A stretch of DNA of 54,318 bases from Bigelowiella natans CCMP2755 (Eukaryota; Protista; Cercozoa), in assembly GCA_000320545.1 (NCBI GenBank), contig ADNK01002560.1, positions 1 through 54,318 on the forward strand, read 5' to 3'. Under the pieces are notes generated by a model, which made no database searches, had not been told where the DNA came from, and saw only the letters and a program-made list of their open reading frames with translations. The position numbers were made by a program, and so were the translations under genes. This document shows, piece by piece, positions 1 to 15,464 of this stretch (within the stretch, counting starts at the first letter, position 1; each line of letters opens with the position of its first letter).

Positions 1-24
1 GCTGCTGATGTGTGTGATATGCAT

Positions 25-337
25 TCATGCTTTTGGTGAGGGGCGATGAGAATATTGCTTCTTCTTCTTCTTCTTCTTCTTCTTCTTCTTCTTTTTCTTT
101 AGAGCGTAACGACTGAGCAACGGCCATCGCATTATTACAATATCTTCCTCCGTTAGTATTTTCTTCCCATCTGGCCCCGTATTGCGCTTATACTCCTCTG
201 CTTCGGCTCTAATCACACACACACACACGCACGCACGCACGCACGCACGCACGCACACACACGAATAAACAAGGAAATCGACGGCCACGTACTGCTGCTG
301 CTGCTTCTACTGCTACTATGCTAGAAGGCGTGAATGA

Positions 338-375
<38 letters not shown>

Positions 376-1082
376 TGCCTGAAACATTGTGATTGTTTTA
401 CAAAAAGTCTCACGTTACTGCTAAGTGTATTTTTTATGGTTGCGTAGCTCTGTCAATGAAGCAACTTCCACTCCAAGTATCCTCTCCCCCCCCCCCTTCC
501 CTCTCGTAGCTACCACAGTCGTCATCACCACCGCCATCACCTTAGCTTGAGTTGTTTGAGGGAAAAGCGTAAGTAGCGGGCAGATCGTTCGATAATCTGA
601 AGGTCATTAGGGAGGAGGAGGAGGGAAAGATGATTTTCGGGGAAACGAGCGGGTAAATAGTAATGGGCGCCATAATCCAACAGCATTCAACCTTGTCCGC
701 CTCTTTATATTCCTTTCTTGTCCGCATTATTTGCCGTAGCTTCTTCTTCATCAGCTATAATTGGGGAAGGACGTGTGTGGAGAGTAGGTATATGATGATG
801 ATGTTCTTCTCGTTGGCGGTGATGATGAGGATGATGATGATGATAATCCTCTTCTTATTAGACAATTTATAATGAACAGATTTATATCATATTATGTATA
901 TATATATATATATATATATTAAGACCAAGCAGGACGACGTGACACTTCACATGATAGCGTACAGTATGGCCACTTCCACTTCTACTATTAAAACGACGAA
1001 TACCCGTAATTTCCTGGCGTCCGCAACCTCCTCCATCATTGGATTACGACCAATAGCGCTTCTAAATGATTGTGAGAGTGAT

Positions 1083-1130
<48 letters not shown>

Positions 1131-2143
1131 GAAGAAAGATGATACACACAAGTGCGTAACATCGCTAATTTGCTAGTATTATCACATCACAGAAATCATC
1201 ATCACCGCAGCAATGCCATTGCTTTTGAATGCGTTCTTGGTAGGCCAAACTGCCACCTGATATATCATAGTGAGTGGAAGAATTAGCATCATTCACCCCT
1301 GGCGATTATCATCACCAATATCAGCGGCACCAAGAAGGAGGTCTTTTAACGCCAAAATATGCGACAACTAGCGCCACCATTTGGATTACTTTCAGTCCGA
1401 TTTCCTACTTCTACTACTTCGGATGGACGGAAGGGAGGCAACCTTTCATAGGCCTCTCGGTGCAGTTGAGCCAGTGACACATCAGATGATCGATTTCCGT
1501 ATTTATCGAGAAAGTTTTCCCACTTTTCCACCGCCTTTCGCTCATCCTTTATATTGCGCCAGCAGCAGCAGCAGCAGCACAAAGAAACATGTCGTTTGTG
1601 AAGGGAATAGTGCGGAGCTAACTAGGGATAAAAGGCTTGCTTTTCTGGCCTGCGCCGCTCCCCTCCCCCTCACGGATTCGTTTGACTTTTTGTACCTTCA
1701 AAGTGATAAGGGGGAACCCCTCTGCAAGCCGAAACTCCTGATGCCTATTGTGACAAGTAAAAGTACAAAGAAAATGACGAATGATGGATATCGATCACTA
1801 CTCTACACCATGTGTCTGATGTTGCTATTCTCCGCCCCTCCCCCCCCCCCCTCCTACTATTTACTTTCGATTCAAGGCATTCTTAGCTTGCTCGTGACTA
1901 TCAGATGTGTGATCAGAATCCAACGACGATACGCTATCTCGCCGCTCTTCTCTTCTTCGTGTAGTACGATGAAACCGTTGACTGCTCGGGCCATCATCAT
2001 CATCATCATCAGCGCCAGCTTGGGAGTCATCTCGATGGCCATCGTTGTACCCTAGACCTTCATATCTTGGCCGACGGCTGAGGGGCAAAATGTGAGTTGA
2101 AGGAATTAGTATCATTATAATTATAATTCATACTAGTAGTAGT

Positions 2144-2174
<31 letters not shown>

Positions 2175-5100
2175 TGTAGTAGTAGTAGTTGACATTTGTT
2201 GTCCAATGCCCTTCAAATCGTTGGCGCTTTCTAGTGGTGTGGATGAGTAGCAGACAGAGAGCATGACCCTCCGCTACAGTGCTCTCCCTTGCGCACCTAC
2301 CGTTGTTTGAGCAGTGCTTCAGCGAAGTCAAAGCTGGTTGTGGGGTGGGGGGCAGCAGCAGCAGCTTCACCTGCGAGACTCGGCACCTACGGGTGTGTTG
2401 CTTTTCAGATTGATAAAACAGTTTGTGCCGCATTAATAGTATGAATACGATATACAATTTTATAAAATTGCGTGTGTGGTAAACTTAACACAATGCCGCT
2501 TTGCTGTACCTGCTGCATATTCGCTTCATTCCTGGCGGTGCTGCTGTTGGTGCTCGCCGCCCCCCCTGTCCCAGGAGTCTCAAATTGATTCAGGACATCG
2601 GCAAAAGACGAGTGCATCTTCTGCTTCTTTCCCTTTGTAAATCCTGTCAATGCCCCATCAGACTCGACTCCCATAGATCGAAGCTCTTTGGCGGAAGGCA
2701 CGTTGTCCTTGTTCAAACCCCCGTTCCTGTGCCCTCTCCCCCCCCCCAAACGCGAGGAGGAGGACCGAGCGGCAACTACCCCATCATCCGAAGAAAAATC
2801 TTTGAGAAAGTCCTCGTCGCGAGGCTGTTTCTTCTGCTCGTGGTCATCGTCGTAGAAGTTGTCCGAAGCTGCTTGAAAGTCAAAGGCAGCTTCCTTCGCC
2901 AGTAGAATGGCTCTCTTCATCTCCTCTTCTGAGGCGTCATTCTTGAGAGCCGCCGTGGAATCATCATCATTGCTGCTCGAAACCATCATATTCATACCGT
3001 CATTTGCTGAGAGCTCCTTCACTGCTGCTGGGGTAGTTGCGCCTTCTTCGGCCTTGATCTTCGTCTTGGCGTGCATGTGTCTCGCCGTCGTTTCATGCAA
3101 ACTCTGCTGAGTGTGATAAAGGCCCGCACCAGCACTGCTGGTCCTTTCTGGCTCGATAGTATTCGGTTGGATGATGCTAGTTTCAAAAAAATACGGGGGG
3201 GGGGATGGAGGGGGGATGAAAACGGTACGCACGTGCATCATCACGATAGGAAGAACTGCTTTATTCCTCACCCAACTCCATTCGCTTCAAATAATATCGT
3301 GGGCACGGCTGTTGCTCCGCTTGTGCGTGATCCTCTTCTGTATCCGCCACTTCCAACAAAGTCCATCATCATCTCTGTTGATGATACGACTGCCATGCGG
3401 AATAATGCAAGCGAGAATTTAGTGAGGGGGGTGGGGGAGGGGGGGGGGGGGATTCTCTTTCAGCAAATCAAAGAAGCACACAATCTCAGAAAAGACGGCA
3501 TTAGCCATTCAGACACGCCATAGTTGTTACCTTTCGATTCTTTTGCCTCTCCGGCGTGTTGGTCTTCTTCAATTTCCGGTTGTACAGTGACAGCGTTATT
3601 ATTCGTGTACTCGCCCCCCCCCCGTCTCGTCGGTCTTGCGGGTAATTGGGTGGGCTCGTGTGCCTTATCGTCGTTATCGTAACTATCACCGTTGTCCCAT
3701 CTTGAGGGATGTAGGTCAGTAGTTGTTTAAATAGCAGCCAAAGAAGACAGAATCAGACCAAGCGACTGTCATCATCACATCATCATCGGTTTTGGTTGAC
3801 TAGTAACAGCACAGCTTCCCGTTGGAAGAAGAATATCAGCAACCAGTGTGGAGACGGGATGTATACTACTGATACTACTACCACCACCACCACCACCACC
3901 ATAACAACAACAACAAAGTGCTATTACTACTGATACCGCTGCTACTACTACTACTACTACTACTTCTTCTTCTTCTAGCCTACTATCACCCCATATTTCT
4001 GAGAATTTGGTAACCCGTATTAGAGCTCGGTATTGGAGTCGATATCTTTTGCAGGATCTTAATGAATGGGGAGCAGCAGCAGCAGAAAAGATCATCAAGG
4101 CACTGCGAACATGTATGCTTACTAAAGATGGTGGTGAGGATGATGATGGTGATGACGATGAAGATGAGGAGAAGAACAATATAGAGCATTCTGCTCAGTG
4201 AATATATATTACTTTTGAGTGAAACTCATCTTGATCCGGCAGCCAATTCAGCATCCGTTTGGCCTTCATCTTTTTCACCTGACTATGCGTTTTCTTGGGA
4301 GCAGTAGAGGCAGATTGCCCTGACGATGGTGGTGATGATGATCGCGACGCTACTACCATACGATTGGGATTGGGTGTGCGATGAGAAGCATCATCCTCAT
4401 CCTCCTCCTCATCATCATCATCACAATCATTACCCTTCACATCTCGTAGAAGGTCATAATTAATGCTCAGGGGCGCTTGGGAACTCTTTTGCTTGTGGTG
4501 GCGCTGTTGGTGTAGTGATTGTCTCGTTGTCCTGGTGAAATCTCCTCCTACCCCCTCTTTGATCCTCTGCCTTTCTCCTGAGTAGTCCTTCGTCTTCTTC
4601 TTTTTCTGTGAAGGGAGCGAATTCAGTACGCTTTTGCCCTTTTTTTAAGCAAGCGATACGAGGACTATGGCTGAAGTACTTACATTGCTCTTGGAGGAGG
4701 AGGATGGAATTTTACATAAATCGTTGATGTGTATTCGTTCCTTTGGGTTATTCGTTGTGGTGTGGGAGGAGGTAGAAAGGATGGTGAAGATGGCAAAGAT
4801 GATGATGATGATGATAACGATAATAATGATTTTGAAACACAATTAGAGATATTATTCCCTGAGGTAGTCAAAGAGTTTCAGGCAAAAAAAGACCTTGTTA
4901 TCACCATCATCATCATCATCATCATCGTCGTCGTCATCATACCTTGTGGTTGTCCCACGCAGGGAAGCGCACACGATAATACTTGTTTTTAACGACAACT
5001 GCATCCACCACTGCTTTGTAATACCTAGTTTATTCTAATGATGAGGCTGTGTGATGACACTGCTGCTGCTGCTGATAAGCACTACGTGCAATACTATTGG

Positions 5101-5455
5101 TGCGTAATTTGCGGTTGATATTAATGGCAGCATTGCGCAGATGTTAACTTACTCATTGTCCCCCGGATATCGTGCGAAAACCTGAGGATATGTGAGGAAG
5201 GATCGGAGAGAAATGTTACGCTGCTATGTGCTAGTTGCAGGGATCATTGCGGCACTACTGCTGACCCATTCTCCTGGGCTGAATGCTCCAACTCTGGAAT
5301 CGTCAGTATAATCACCATGAGAGTCGCTACCTGACGAGTGTGGCAAATACTTGTTCTTAGAAGCACGTACAACAAGTAAACAATACGAATGGAGAGGGAA
5401 TAAAGAGGGAGGGGGGGGGGGGGCATTATTAGACATGAAATAGATGCAAAGAGGC

Positions 5456-5486
<31 letters not shown>

Positions 5487-6698
5487 TTCCATGCAAACCC
5501 TACGCATAGATAAACGTCTCCAATATTTGTTTCCCTTTTCCTCCTCCTTCTCCTCCTCCCCCCCCCCTCTGAACGACTACTTTGATGGTAGTAATTCCTG
5601 CTGTCGTCGTCGTCTCCATTATCCTCGACTCCGCTGGCTTGATCTTGATGATGACTATGTTCTCCCTTACTGCTTCTACTGCTACAGTCTTCTTCTGCAA
5701 GGCTACTCCTGTTGTCACAGCTACAACTCCAACTATCACTTTCACGCTCCTCTTCGTCACTGTCGCTCCTACTGTTGCGGCGGCTGCTAAATAACCGATC
5801 ATCCCCCCCCTCTAATTTGTGGTTATGGCCCAGATCTTCTTCGTCAGATATCACCTCAGGCGTGCTACACACTTGCTTTGCGACATCCTTTTGCTTCCGA
5901 TTCTTCTTTTTCTTCTTCTTCTTCTTCTTCTTCTTCTTCCTCCTCCTCCTCCTATTCTTCTCCTCCTCCTCCTCCTCCCCCTTCAAAGACTGGAATTAGA
6001 AATGCAAAAATCAATACCCTCGTGCCATCGAAGCAAACACTATTTTATGTGACTTAATTATCCATATAATCCAAATATATGTGCGTCGGAGATTTTGAAA
6101 ACGAAAGGAAATAAATCAGTGGAAAGGAGAGACTGCTCTGTGGGAAGAGTCGAGGAGGGAGACAACAAAGAGAGGATGCGGTTGTTGCGGTGGTTATGGT
6201 GAGCGGTAGCAGTAGCAGCTGAAGGAGAGAGGGGACTAGTCGTAATGATATAGTCTTATATTACGTTTCAAATTTGGTCAGTTATTCTAGTGCTGTAAAT
6301 GGAGAACTAACCTTCATAGTAGTAGAAGTGAATTTCTCCCTTTTCCTCTCGATGTTTCCTCCTCCGCCTCCTCCTCTTCCTCCTCCCCCTCTGAGTCGGT
6401 TGGCTGATGCATGGACAACACACAAGCGATTTCTACAGTAGTAGCTTTCGTAACTACCATAGATGCTACACAGGCACAGAGGCCACAGCATCAGCGTCAT
6501 CACCGTGAGCACCAAGAGCCTATTTGTCTGCGAAGTACCCATTTGCGAACGGTTTAGACGCCGTGAAATGTACGAGATGATGCACTTAACAGAATTGCAC
6601 AAAGCATATTCTACGTTCTCATTGTAGCCCGCAGAACTAGCCTTCCTGATCCTGTGCTGGCTTGCAGGTCGGGGCAATGCGTCCAAGATCCGCATCAA
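25..6698 (-). CDS. Multi-exon hypothetical protein, largely low-complexity/charged; 5' end unresolved
   Basis: GT-AG bounded exons join in frame at the 3' end: KWENFLDKYGNRSSDVSLAQLHREAYER|SAIGRNPMMEEVADARKLR|LMKKKLRQIMRTRKEYKEADK|ILGVEVASLTELRNHKKIHLA|IRAEAEEYKRNTGPDGKK...SPKA* (stop 25-27). Further protein-like exons lie in ORFs 2405-3271, 4195-4440 and 5429-5986. No family recognised; could be more than one gene. Confidence 0.5.
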
Positions 6699-7230
6699 CA
6701 GCCATCATCGGGGTGCGACGCCACATCAGCTACAGCACAGCAGCAGCCGAACCTAAGAGATGAAAACGAAGAACAGCAACGTCAAACATCCAATATTACT
6801 GCGACAAGGCCTTCTTCACCGACATCAGTGTCCCCTTTATTCCATGAAAAACATGAAACGAGATAGCCTTGCCCAGTGAGGGGGTCGGGTAATTGCAGGC
6901 ACCCCAGCCAGCGTTGTCGCAAGCAGCTGCTCTACGCATGCTCGTAGGCCATTATCTTCCATTTTCCGACAAATATTATTGTCGCTCTACTGAAGAACGC
7001 CTCGTTAATTTACTATTCCTGCGATCCTAGCGTGCTCATGGAATATTGCAAGCTGGAAAATATTCCAAAGGATCATGGCGTTTAATTCCTGCGACATGGA
7101 AATCGGTGACACTCGATGGAATATTGCCCTGCGTTTGCTTCGAGAGCCGTCGCCTTCATTCTCACAAATCCATCACCCATAATCATCCCTCCCCTCATCC
7201 AGCACTTCTGGTCTTTGCACTCAAGGAGGA

Positions 7231-8427
7231 ATGTGGGCGCATCTGCTTTCCCTCGCGTCGTTCTTTGCCACCGTGATGCCGAAGCTGATTGCGGCAGTTC
7301 TGCTGCCCCCCCTTGCAAGCAAGGTAAACTAAATGAAGTGTACCTTCGAAAAAGCCAATTTAACTGGAAGTCGTTTGATTGCTGCCATTATAACAGGAGA
7401 CAATCACAGTAGCTCTCGCGTTCTTGACAGTCTTCATTGCCAGTGGAGTAGGAGTTGGGGGTGGCGGCATTTTGGTGCCCCTTTACACGCTAGGTAGAAA
7501 ATACACTATAAGTAGAGCATCGTAACAAGCTTCATGACAGCAGCAACAACACTTCCCTCCCCCCCTTAGTGCTGGGTGTCGGACGAGCTGCAGTTCCTCT
7601 ATCAAATGCGACAATATTTGGAGCGAGGTCAAACCCATCCAGAAAAATTATGCACGATTGATTAGATGATAGCGGTCTTCTTCCTCCTCCTCCTCCCTTG
7701 TATACTACTTACTACATCAGCATTGTGAATCTGGTACTCTATGGCCGGGAAAGACATCCAATCGCCCAGAGGCCTTTGGTGGATTGGGATCTCATTTTAG
7801 GTGTCGGCAATGCAGTGTTTTATTGGCAATGAGGAAGATCATAAATCACAGTTCTGTAACCCTGTTGTTCTGAATAGCAATCTGGGTGTTATGATGATGA
7901 TGATGAGGCATTTCTCTCAGCAATGGAGCCTATGACTATCGTGGGTGCTCTTGTGGGGTCCTATCTGAATAAAGTCTTGCCATCGTGGTTCACTTCGATT
8001 TGCCTCACTACGGTAGTAATGATGATCATTTAGAAGAATACGACAGACCGACTCATATCCATGAAATTCTCGCTCAGGTGTTAACGCTTACTACTTACCG
8101 GATGATCGCCAAAGCTAATAAGGTTGGTTATAATAGGAGTTTGTGGAGGGGGGGGATCAGGAGCGTGCTATTTCACGTGAATTGCATGTGTTTTTGTGCG
8201 CGTGTATAAGACATAATTGTTTTTGAGGTGCTGCTGCTGATATGAAACACAGGTCCATTCCCGTGAGCTACAGTCTCTCAAAGCGGCAGTACGTGCTAAT
8301 GCTGAAAATCAGGTGGGAAGAAATTTGTACAATAAATAACTCAGTTTTATCTTCGAGTTGGTACGTGCGATGTGGCATCTTCATTCAGCACCGTTTGTTT
8401 TTCATCATCCCCATCACCATCACCATC

Positions 8428-8459
<32 letters not shown>

Positions 8460-8542
8460 TATCTACGGCAAGTATTAACTGTACCCCCATTTTTATCAGT
8501 ATGGATCGTTCAATAATCTCAGGAAATCAGCAGTATGCTTCC

Positions 8543-8582
<40 letters not shown>

Positions 8583-8970
8583 TGTTTCCATTCTCTTTCT
8601 CACATTGGGTTACTTCTTCTGTCTAGCAACGATAAAATACAAACCTTTCGAAAAATACCGCAGAGTACACACACACGCACCCACACACACACACACCATC
8701 ACAGGTATGCGCGTATGATGATAGATTTACTCATCATGATACAGAGCTATTTGCTATGTTTGCGTGCATGCGTGTGTATGCGAAATCATCAACTCCAGGA
8801 TGAAATAGAGGGCTGGCGTGAGGAGAAAGTCATAGTGGGAGGGGGGGGGGGGGGCACAAGGGATGCAGTAACAGCCACCAGCACCTACCACGAGAGGGGG
8901 GGCGGTCCATCAACAGTCCCACCAGGCTTGAGTCGGAAAGCTAGCTCACTTAGTAAGTTTTGTTATTATG

Positions 8971-9003
<33 letters not shown>

Positions 9004-9474
9004 ATAAATGCAAGGATTCCTGGTGATATGAAAAACGCAAGATCGCTAAATTGATGTGATGCTCTCTTCCAAATAATGTGCACAGGTATTAGTGAGGCCA
9101 CAACCTTCATCTCTAGCCACCGAATGGTAGTAGTAGTAGTAGTAGTAGTAAGTAGTAGTACCGACAATAAGTACGCATGTGATGTTTGGCTGCAAGGTGT
9201 TATCCGATGATATCTTCAGTGCCAATAAATAATATACTCTTACTATGGTCGTTTGTTGATGTCTCCACTGTAATCATCAGGATCAAATTTTGCAGGATGA
9301 TGATGAAACAGACATATATGCGATGAACGTACGACCCTCCCCCCCCCCTCCCCCACCATAGCTTTCCAAAAAGAGCTATAGATACAAAACCAACGCAATG
9401 ATTAATATGTTACAATGAAAGTTGTCGTCTTTCGGAGAATGCTTTTGTGGGTTTTGACTGTTGGTGTTGGCCAT

Positions 9475-9545
<71 letters not shown>

Positions 9546-9657
9546 GGGGGAAGCGATTTTTCTTCACCTTACACGCTATAGGCTCTCGCAATAATATACA
9601 AAACAAGCCCACCCAAATCGACCCTACCCAAAATGTACACCGCCCCCTCCCCCCCTC

Positions 9658-9704
<47 letters not shown>

Positions 9705-9781
9705 ATCCCGCACAAGTGTTACTAATACTCAAACGTTTCAATGTGGTAGTCTACTACTACTACCACAACAACAACAACAAC

Positions 9782-9812
<31 letters not shown>

Positions 9813-9964
9813 GCTAATACAACTACTACCTCTAGCGACTCCGAAGCAATGATAGTGAATCCGGCAGTGCTAATGCTGCTGCTGCTGCTGCTGCTACCGG
9901 TACTCCTGCATCCTCTGCCGATCTTCAATCTCTCAACGAGGTAGACACAATAGACACGTAATAT

Positions 9965-10005
<41 letters not shown>

Positions 10006-11871
10006 AGATTATGCATGCTTTCAATAGTATTTATATTTATATTTCTAAATGTAAACTATGTTCTCAGTTGGAAAGCATTCAAAAATCTGAAGCAAGAAGC
10101 ATTCAAACCGAGAAGATCTTCGGGATTGCGGCCATTTTTGTTGCTGTGATGGGTATTATTATTATTATTACTGTTATTATTATTACCACTATTATTGTTA
10201 GTATATCTCAGAAATTACACGATTTCTATTCGTGATGACAACCTCCACCCTCCTCCTCCTCATCATCATCATCATTTCATGCTGTATTCCTACAAAATTA
10301 CCAGCGGTGACGATATTGAAGGGAGGCAAGGACGGGTCCCCAGTCGGTATCATTTGCGGCTCTGCAAGTAAACACCACCCCCACACTCAAAAAACACTAA
10401 TTGACGCCGTTTGCTACTACATACATAAGTATAAATAATATGCTTGTGCTCTCCTGCAATGCCCTCCCTGTTACTACTATTACTACTACTACTACTAAGA
10501 TAAAATACGTGATTATCACTATGCTGTCATCACACAATATATATTGATCAGCTTACTGGCTAGTTACTGCGGCTACAATACCAATCACCCTTGGCGCATC
10601 TTTAGCTGTCAGGTGAGAAAGATGATATAACAGATAATACACGCGCTGAAAATAATAGTGAATCATATCTCTTTCTCTCTCCCTCCCTCCCTCCCTCCCC
10701 CCCCCTCCTCTCAAAAGGCACCACCTTATTCGGTTGGGGTCTCGGAAGGAAGCTGTCGGCTACGAATACATAAAGGTGATGGCTCTGGTGCGCTCATGCT
10801 GGTGATTTGCTGATAAGGATGATGGAAGGAAAAACAGATGGGGGGAGGGGGGGGGTGGGGGGGCACTCGCATGATGAAGTGACCGACGTACGAAAGGATA
10901 TTTATCTTTCAAAAGTACTGCAGCTTCCACACAGTTGATCGATCGATAAATCGTGGACAACAAGAAGAAGAAGAAGAAGAAGCAACCCCATCATCGTATC
11001 ATATCGTATCTTCTTATCGTACAATAGGGAGACGTGCGTTGGGATGAATGGACCACCATCAAATACCCTAGCATCTGTGCTGTCGCAGGTGTCTTTTCTT
11101 GCAAATTTGTTTTCCCCCCCCTCTTGTGGTATCATCATCATCATCATCATCAAGTAGCTGCTTTTGGGTGCGCTCCATAGTGGTGAAAGTTGTTACAAAA
11201 CAAAACAAAAAAGAATTACGCGCGTTTTTCCTCCCAATCATCGCCTTAGATTGCGCTCTTGTTGCGCTCTCCCTCCCCCTTTGTTCTCACATCATCATCC
11301 TCCTCCCCATCTTCCTCTAAGGCCTATTTGCTGGGATGTTCGGTATTGGCGGAGGAATCGTTAAAGGCACACAGCTTGAGAAGAAGAAGAAGAAGAAGAT
11401 GATGATGATGATGATGATGACAATAAACGATAATAGCATGAATTAATATGTTAGATTGGGGGCAAATGGTTACATATAGAGAGAGATGTATGGTGTGTGT
11501 CCAAACCTGTATATCTCTCCTCCCCTCCCCTCCCCTCAACCCCTCCCCCGCCACCCCCCACCTTATCTCATTGCGGCTCTACGAAAAGGACCGTTGATGG
11601 TGGAAATGGGGATCTTGCCAGAGGTGACGTTGCGAAGAACAACTTTGATATATTTCTCAAACAAACAGCATAGCATTGTAAACGACAGTAGTAGTAGCAG
11701 CATGTAGCAGCACTTCCGTTGGGAGAGCTTGCTTACATGCACGCGTGTAGGGTATTCTCCGACCTGATGATGATATATGATAAAGCAACCACACCTACTA
11801 CAGCGTATCTTCCTCTTGCCGTCGATGTCACCATTTGTCACAATCTATCTCCTCTAAGTGCTGCTGCTATT

Positions 11872-11906
<35 letters not shown>

Positions 11907-12100
11907 TCAGGTAGCGGTGGCGACGTCATCTACCATGATCTTCTTCACAACGGGAGCCGCAACGATCTCCTTCCTGGTGGTTTTATAGCCATAAAGGCGC
12001 GAAGATGTTCTTCAAGAAAAATAGAAGAGAGGGGGCTGTGGGGGGGGGTTGTAGCTTGCTCGATACAACTGCTAAAGAAAATGCCGATAAGCAAATGTAA

Positions 12101-12136
<36 letters not shown>

Positions 12137-12245
12137 TCAGGTGTTTGGTAGTCTCCCGTTAGCTCATGGTGCAGCTTTTTTCAGCGTGGGTTTGGCAGGT
12201 GCGTGTTTGTTTCTCTTTGTGTCGCTGTTGTTGTTGGTTGTGTGT

Positions 12246-12284
<39 letters not shown>

Positions 12285-12955
12285 TGTGTTCGATTATGAT
12301 GATGACCTGAAGCATCTATACCATCGAAAGAAATGGTTGAAACGTCGTCCAACTGCGATTATTTTTGGAGGAAAATAATACATGTTTGCCGACAACCAAC
12401 CACAGCGGCGTTGATGGGGCAAATGGTGCTGCGAAACGTGATCAAGCAGCTGGAGAGACCGTAGGAAAACACATCATCGAGCAAACACCATATCAATATT
12501 TTATAGCAATGAATAATCGTAAAGATTAGAATAATGATACACGTGTTGCGAAATGGGAGGCGTGTACTCGTTTACGGCTACAGCTGCTGAAACAACCCGC
12601 CATTCTCCCCAGACAGAATAGCATAGCTCTATGGATGTGATAAGCGTTTGTGCGTGGGGGTTTCGATTCACGATGTGTCTTTTTGGGGTGTGTGCGGCTT
12701 TACGTGTGACGATGATCTTTGCAGGTCGTGTATCATCTATGGAATCGGGCTTATTCTTGGTTTCAGTGCGGTATCTAAAAACATAAAATTCACCGCACGG
12801 CTGTTAGAAACTTGCATGGGTGGAAGAGGAAGGGGAGAGTTCCTTTCGCTGCTGCAACCATCCCCCCCTCCCAGGGAAATACATGAAAGAGCGGCGGGCA
12901 CTGCCTTTAAATGCTTTATTTGACAATTTCTCCTCTGCTGCCTACTACATATATA

Positions 12956-12990
<35 letters not shown>

Positions 12991-13070
12991 TGACGCCTCT
13001 TCAGATCATGATGACGTGGTCCTCCATCGTGTCTATTATGGATGGCGCTGGGGCACATAGCGTCTGTTAA
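7231..13070 (+). CDS. Sulfite exporter TauE/SafE-family membrane protein (about 20 exons)
   Basis: Spliced motifs typical of eukaryotic TauE proteins: ASGVGVGGGGILVPLY (~7440), AVPLSNATIFGA (~7590), RHPIAQRPLVDWDLIL|AMEPMTIVGALVGSYLN (7750-7970), GLFAGMFGIGGGIVK|GPLMVEMGILPE|VAVATSSTMIFFT (11320-11950). Ends IMMTWSSIVSIMDGAGAHSVC* at 13070. Start ATG 7231 is tentative. Confidence 0.88.
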
Positions 13071-13746
13071 GTAAGCTGGGAGATCATCAAACAAGCATTT
13101 TATGATTGAGATCTGACGAGAGTAGCAAGCTGTAGTTGAAACCTCAGGACTACTGCAGGCCATAGTGCTGTGCTGTGAAGGATTTATATGTATATGTGCA
13201 TAAGTATATTCGTGCAGCTTCCTGCTGCTCGATCCAGCGAATTGTCTGTATAATTTATGCATCACTTGATTTGAAAATAGAAAATCAGTGTCCGTACGTA
13301 CTTAGACGACGGTTCATATGCTGTCCAACAGCATGTTGTATCATCAATTTAATAGTGTTAATTTTGCGTCTGATATATAGTACATCAGTGTTACATGTTG
13401 TAGCTAGTTTCTATTTTTGTCTGACTTTGTCACATCTTCATGGTGTTTGTAGCAAGCAAACAAGGAAGTTTCATGTAAATATAAGCCATATGCGCGGCGC
13501 TCGTATACATATATGTGTCAAATCTGGCAAGTTAGCAAGATGTATATAGGCTTTATTACTTAATATCTGCTCGTTGCGCAAGCGATAGAAGCACTGATAA
13601 GTACAATATTGCACATGCACACCTATGTTGTTGGCCTTTGTACAAACGTACTATGTGAGTGAGAGTGCTGGCTAGCTGCCGAGTAGCAAGTTAAATTGGA
13701 GAAACCGTATACTATCGCGATTACTGGAAGCATGCTGTTTAAGTAT

Positions 13747-14247
13747 TCATCCCTGCAAATTTAGAGCCGTCGCAGACGCTCCTTGTGCGGCAGAATTCTT
13801 TTCCCCCATATTGGTCTCTCCGTTGTTGTTGTTGTTGTCTACGTCGTTTTCATTGTCGACACTGCTGGAGGGGGGGGGATCCGCAGGGCCGGCCACTTTG
13901 CGAAACCTTATTATTATTATCATTATTATTACCATTAGAATGCAAGAAGCAGCAACAAGCAGTAAGAAACTCCTCCATATAATAGCCAGCCAATTCAACC
14001 ATAAGGCTCTGCAGGTAGCTTCCCTCGCCCTCTCTTACTTACCATTCTGTCGCCAAGCGTACACTCGCTGGCACTCCGATTCCAGACTCATATGCTAGGC
14101 CTACACGGAACTGGGCGTGTATATGTCCCAGCTCCGCCGCCCATAAGAAGTTGCTGTGATCAATTGCGAGAAGGGGAGGAAATAATAATGTCCGTTACGA
14201 ATGGTAGAAACTATGTTGTACGACGAATTTCCCATACTTAGGTCTCA

Positions 14248-14290
<43 letters not shown>

Positions 14291-15425
14291 GTGTGTGTGT
14301 TTGTATGTGCTTGTCTTTGGTGCCTTACCGAAATGCCTTCTCGTAGCTTTGCGACACCCCTATTCCGTCGTAATAGAACTCCCCCAAACGGTACCTTGAG
14401 GAGGGGGCAAACAGTATATTTGACGATGATCGTGAGAAGTGACAGGATTGAGAAACTCTCCGGAGGACGATGAATATTATATATAAATAAATAAATAAAT
14501 ATATATATATATATATATGATATACCTTGCAGCGAGGCTTCCAAGCCCAGCTGCTTTCTTCAGCCTGACGGGAGAAGGAAACGACGATGATGATGATGAT
14601 GATGATGATGGTGATATATCGATAAATACAAACAACAAAAGAGGGAAGACAAGGCACATTTGAACATCTAAAATTCAAAGAACCAAAAGAGAGTGAAATG
14701 ATCTTCAGCATCACCACAATATGTAAACGTGGATGTTTGCCCAAATCGTTCTTTTTTTGTTTTTGTTTGTTAAATCGGCTGTTTGTTTTCGGCTCTCCAA
14801 CTTACCATCCTGCGGCTAGGGTGAGGTTCTTCGTGACACCAAGGCCGAACTCGTAGCAAGAAGAGAGGTTGGAAAAAGCATTCACCTCGCCTTGTTTGGC
14901 CGCTTTCATGTACCATCTGCCCACAAATCAATCGTCCGCCAGGGGAAAATAAGGGAAAAGAACAAGATGAAAATAAAGCCAAACACTTCCATTCTACAAA
15001 ACCAGCATGCTCCGTCTGAAACACAACGACTTACTACGAGGCCGCTACTACTCTCATCGGAGCCTCAACTTCTACTACTACTACTACTACTACTACTAGA
15101 TACACAGCACTTGATTGCGTCCTTAGTGCTTTTCCTTGGAAGTCCAAACCCACAGCTGTAGCACCATCCTAACGTTGTCTGTGCGCTGGAATGACCGCTC
15201 TCCGCAGCCAGAGTATACCATTTAACTGCGAGCTCCGGAGACCGTTCCACGTACGATCCATGGTGGAGACAGTGCCCGAAGTAATACATCGCGTATGTAT
15301 CCCCTGCCTCAGCCAAAACACGAAACCTCTCCACCGCAGGTTTTCGGTCACTGTGTTGTGTCCATTGGTGGAAGCGGCAATACCTGGCGGGGGAGGGGAG
15401 AGGGAAGATGATGGCAGCAATTATC

Positions 15426-15464
<39 letters not shown>

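Noticed and set aside
1346-1582. Possible Sld2/RECQL4 N-terminal-like motif (KWENFLDKYGNR)
   Set aside because: Too short and weak; no helicase or other supporting motifs in the gene.
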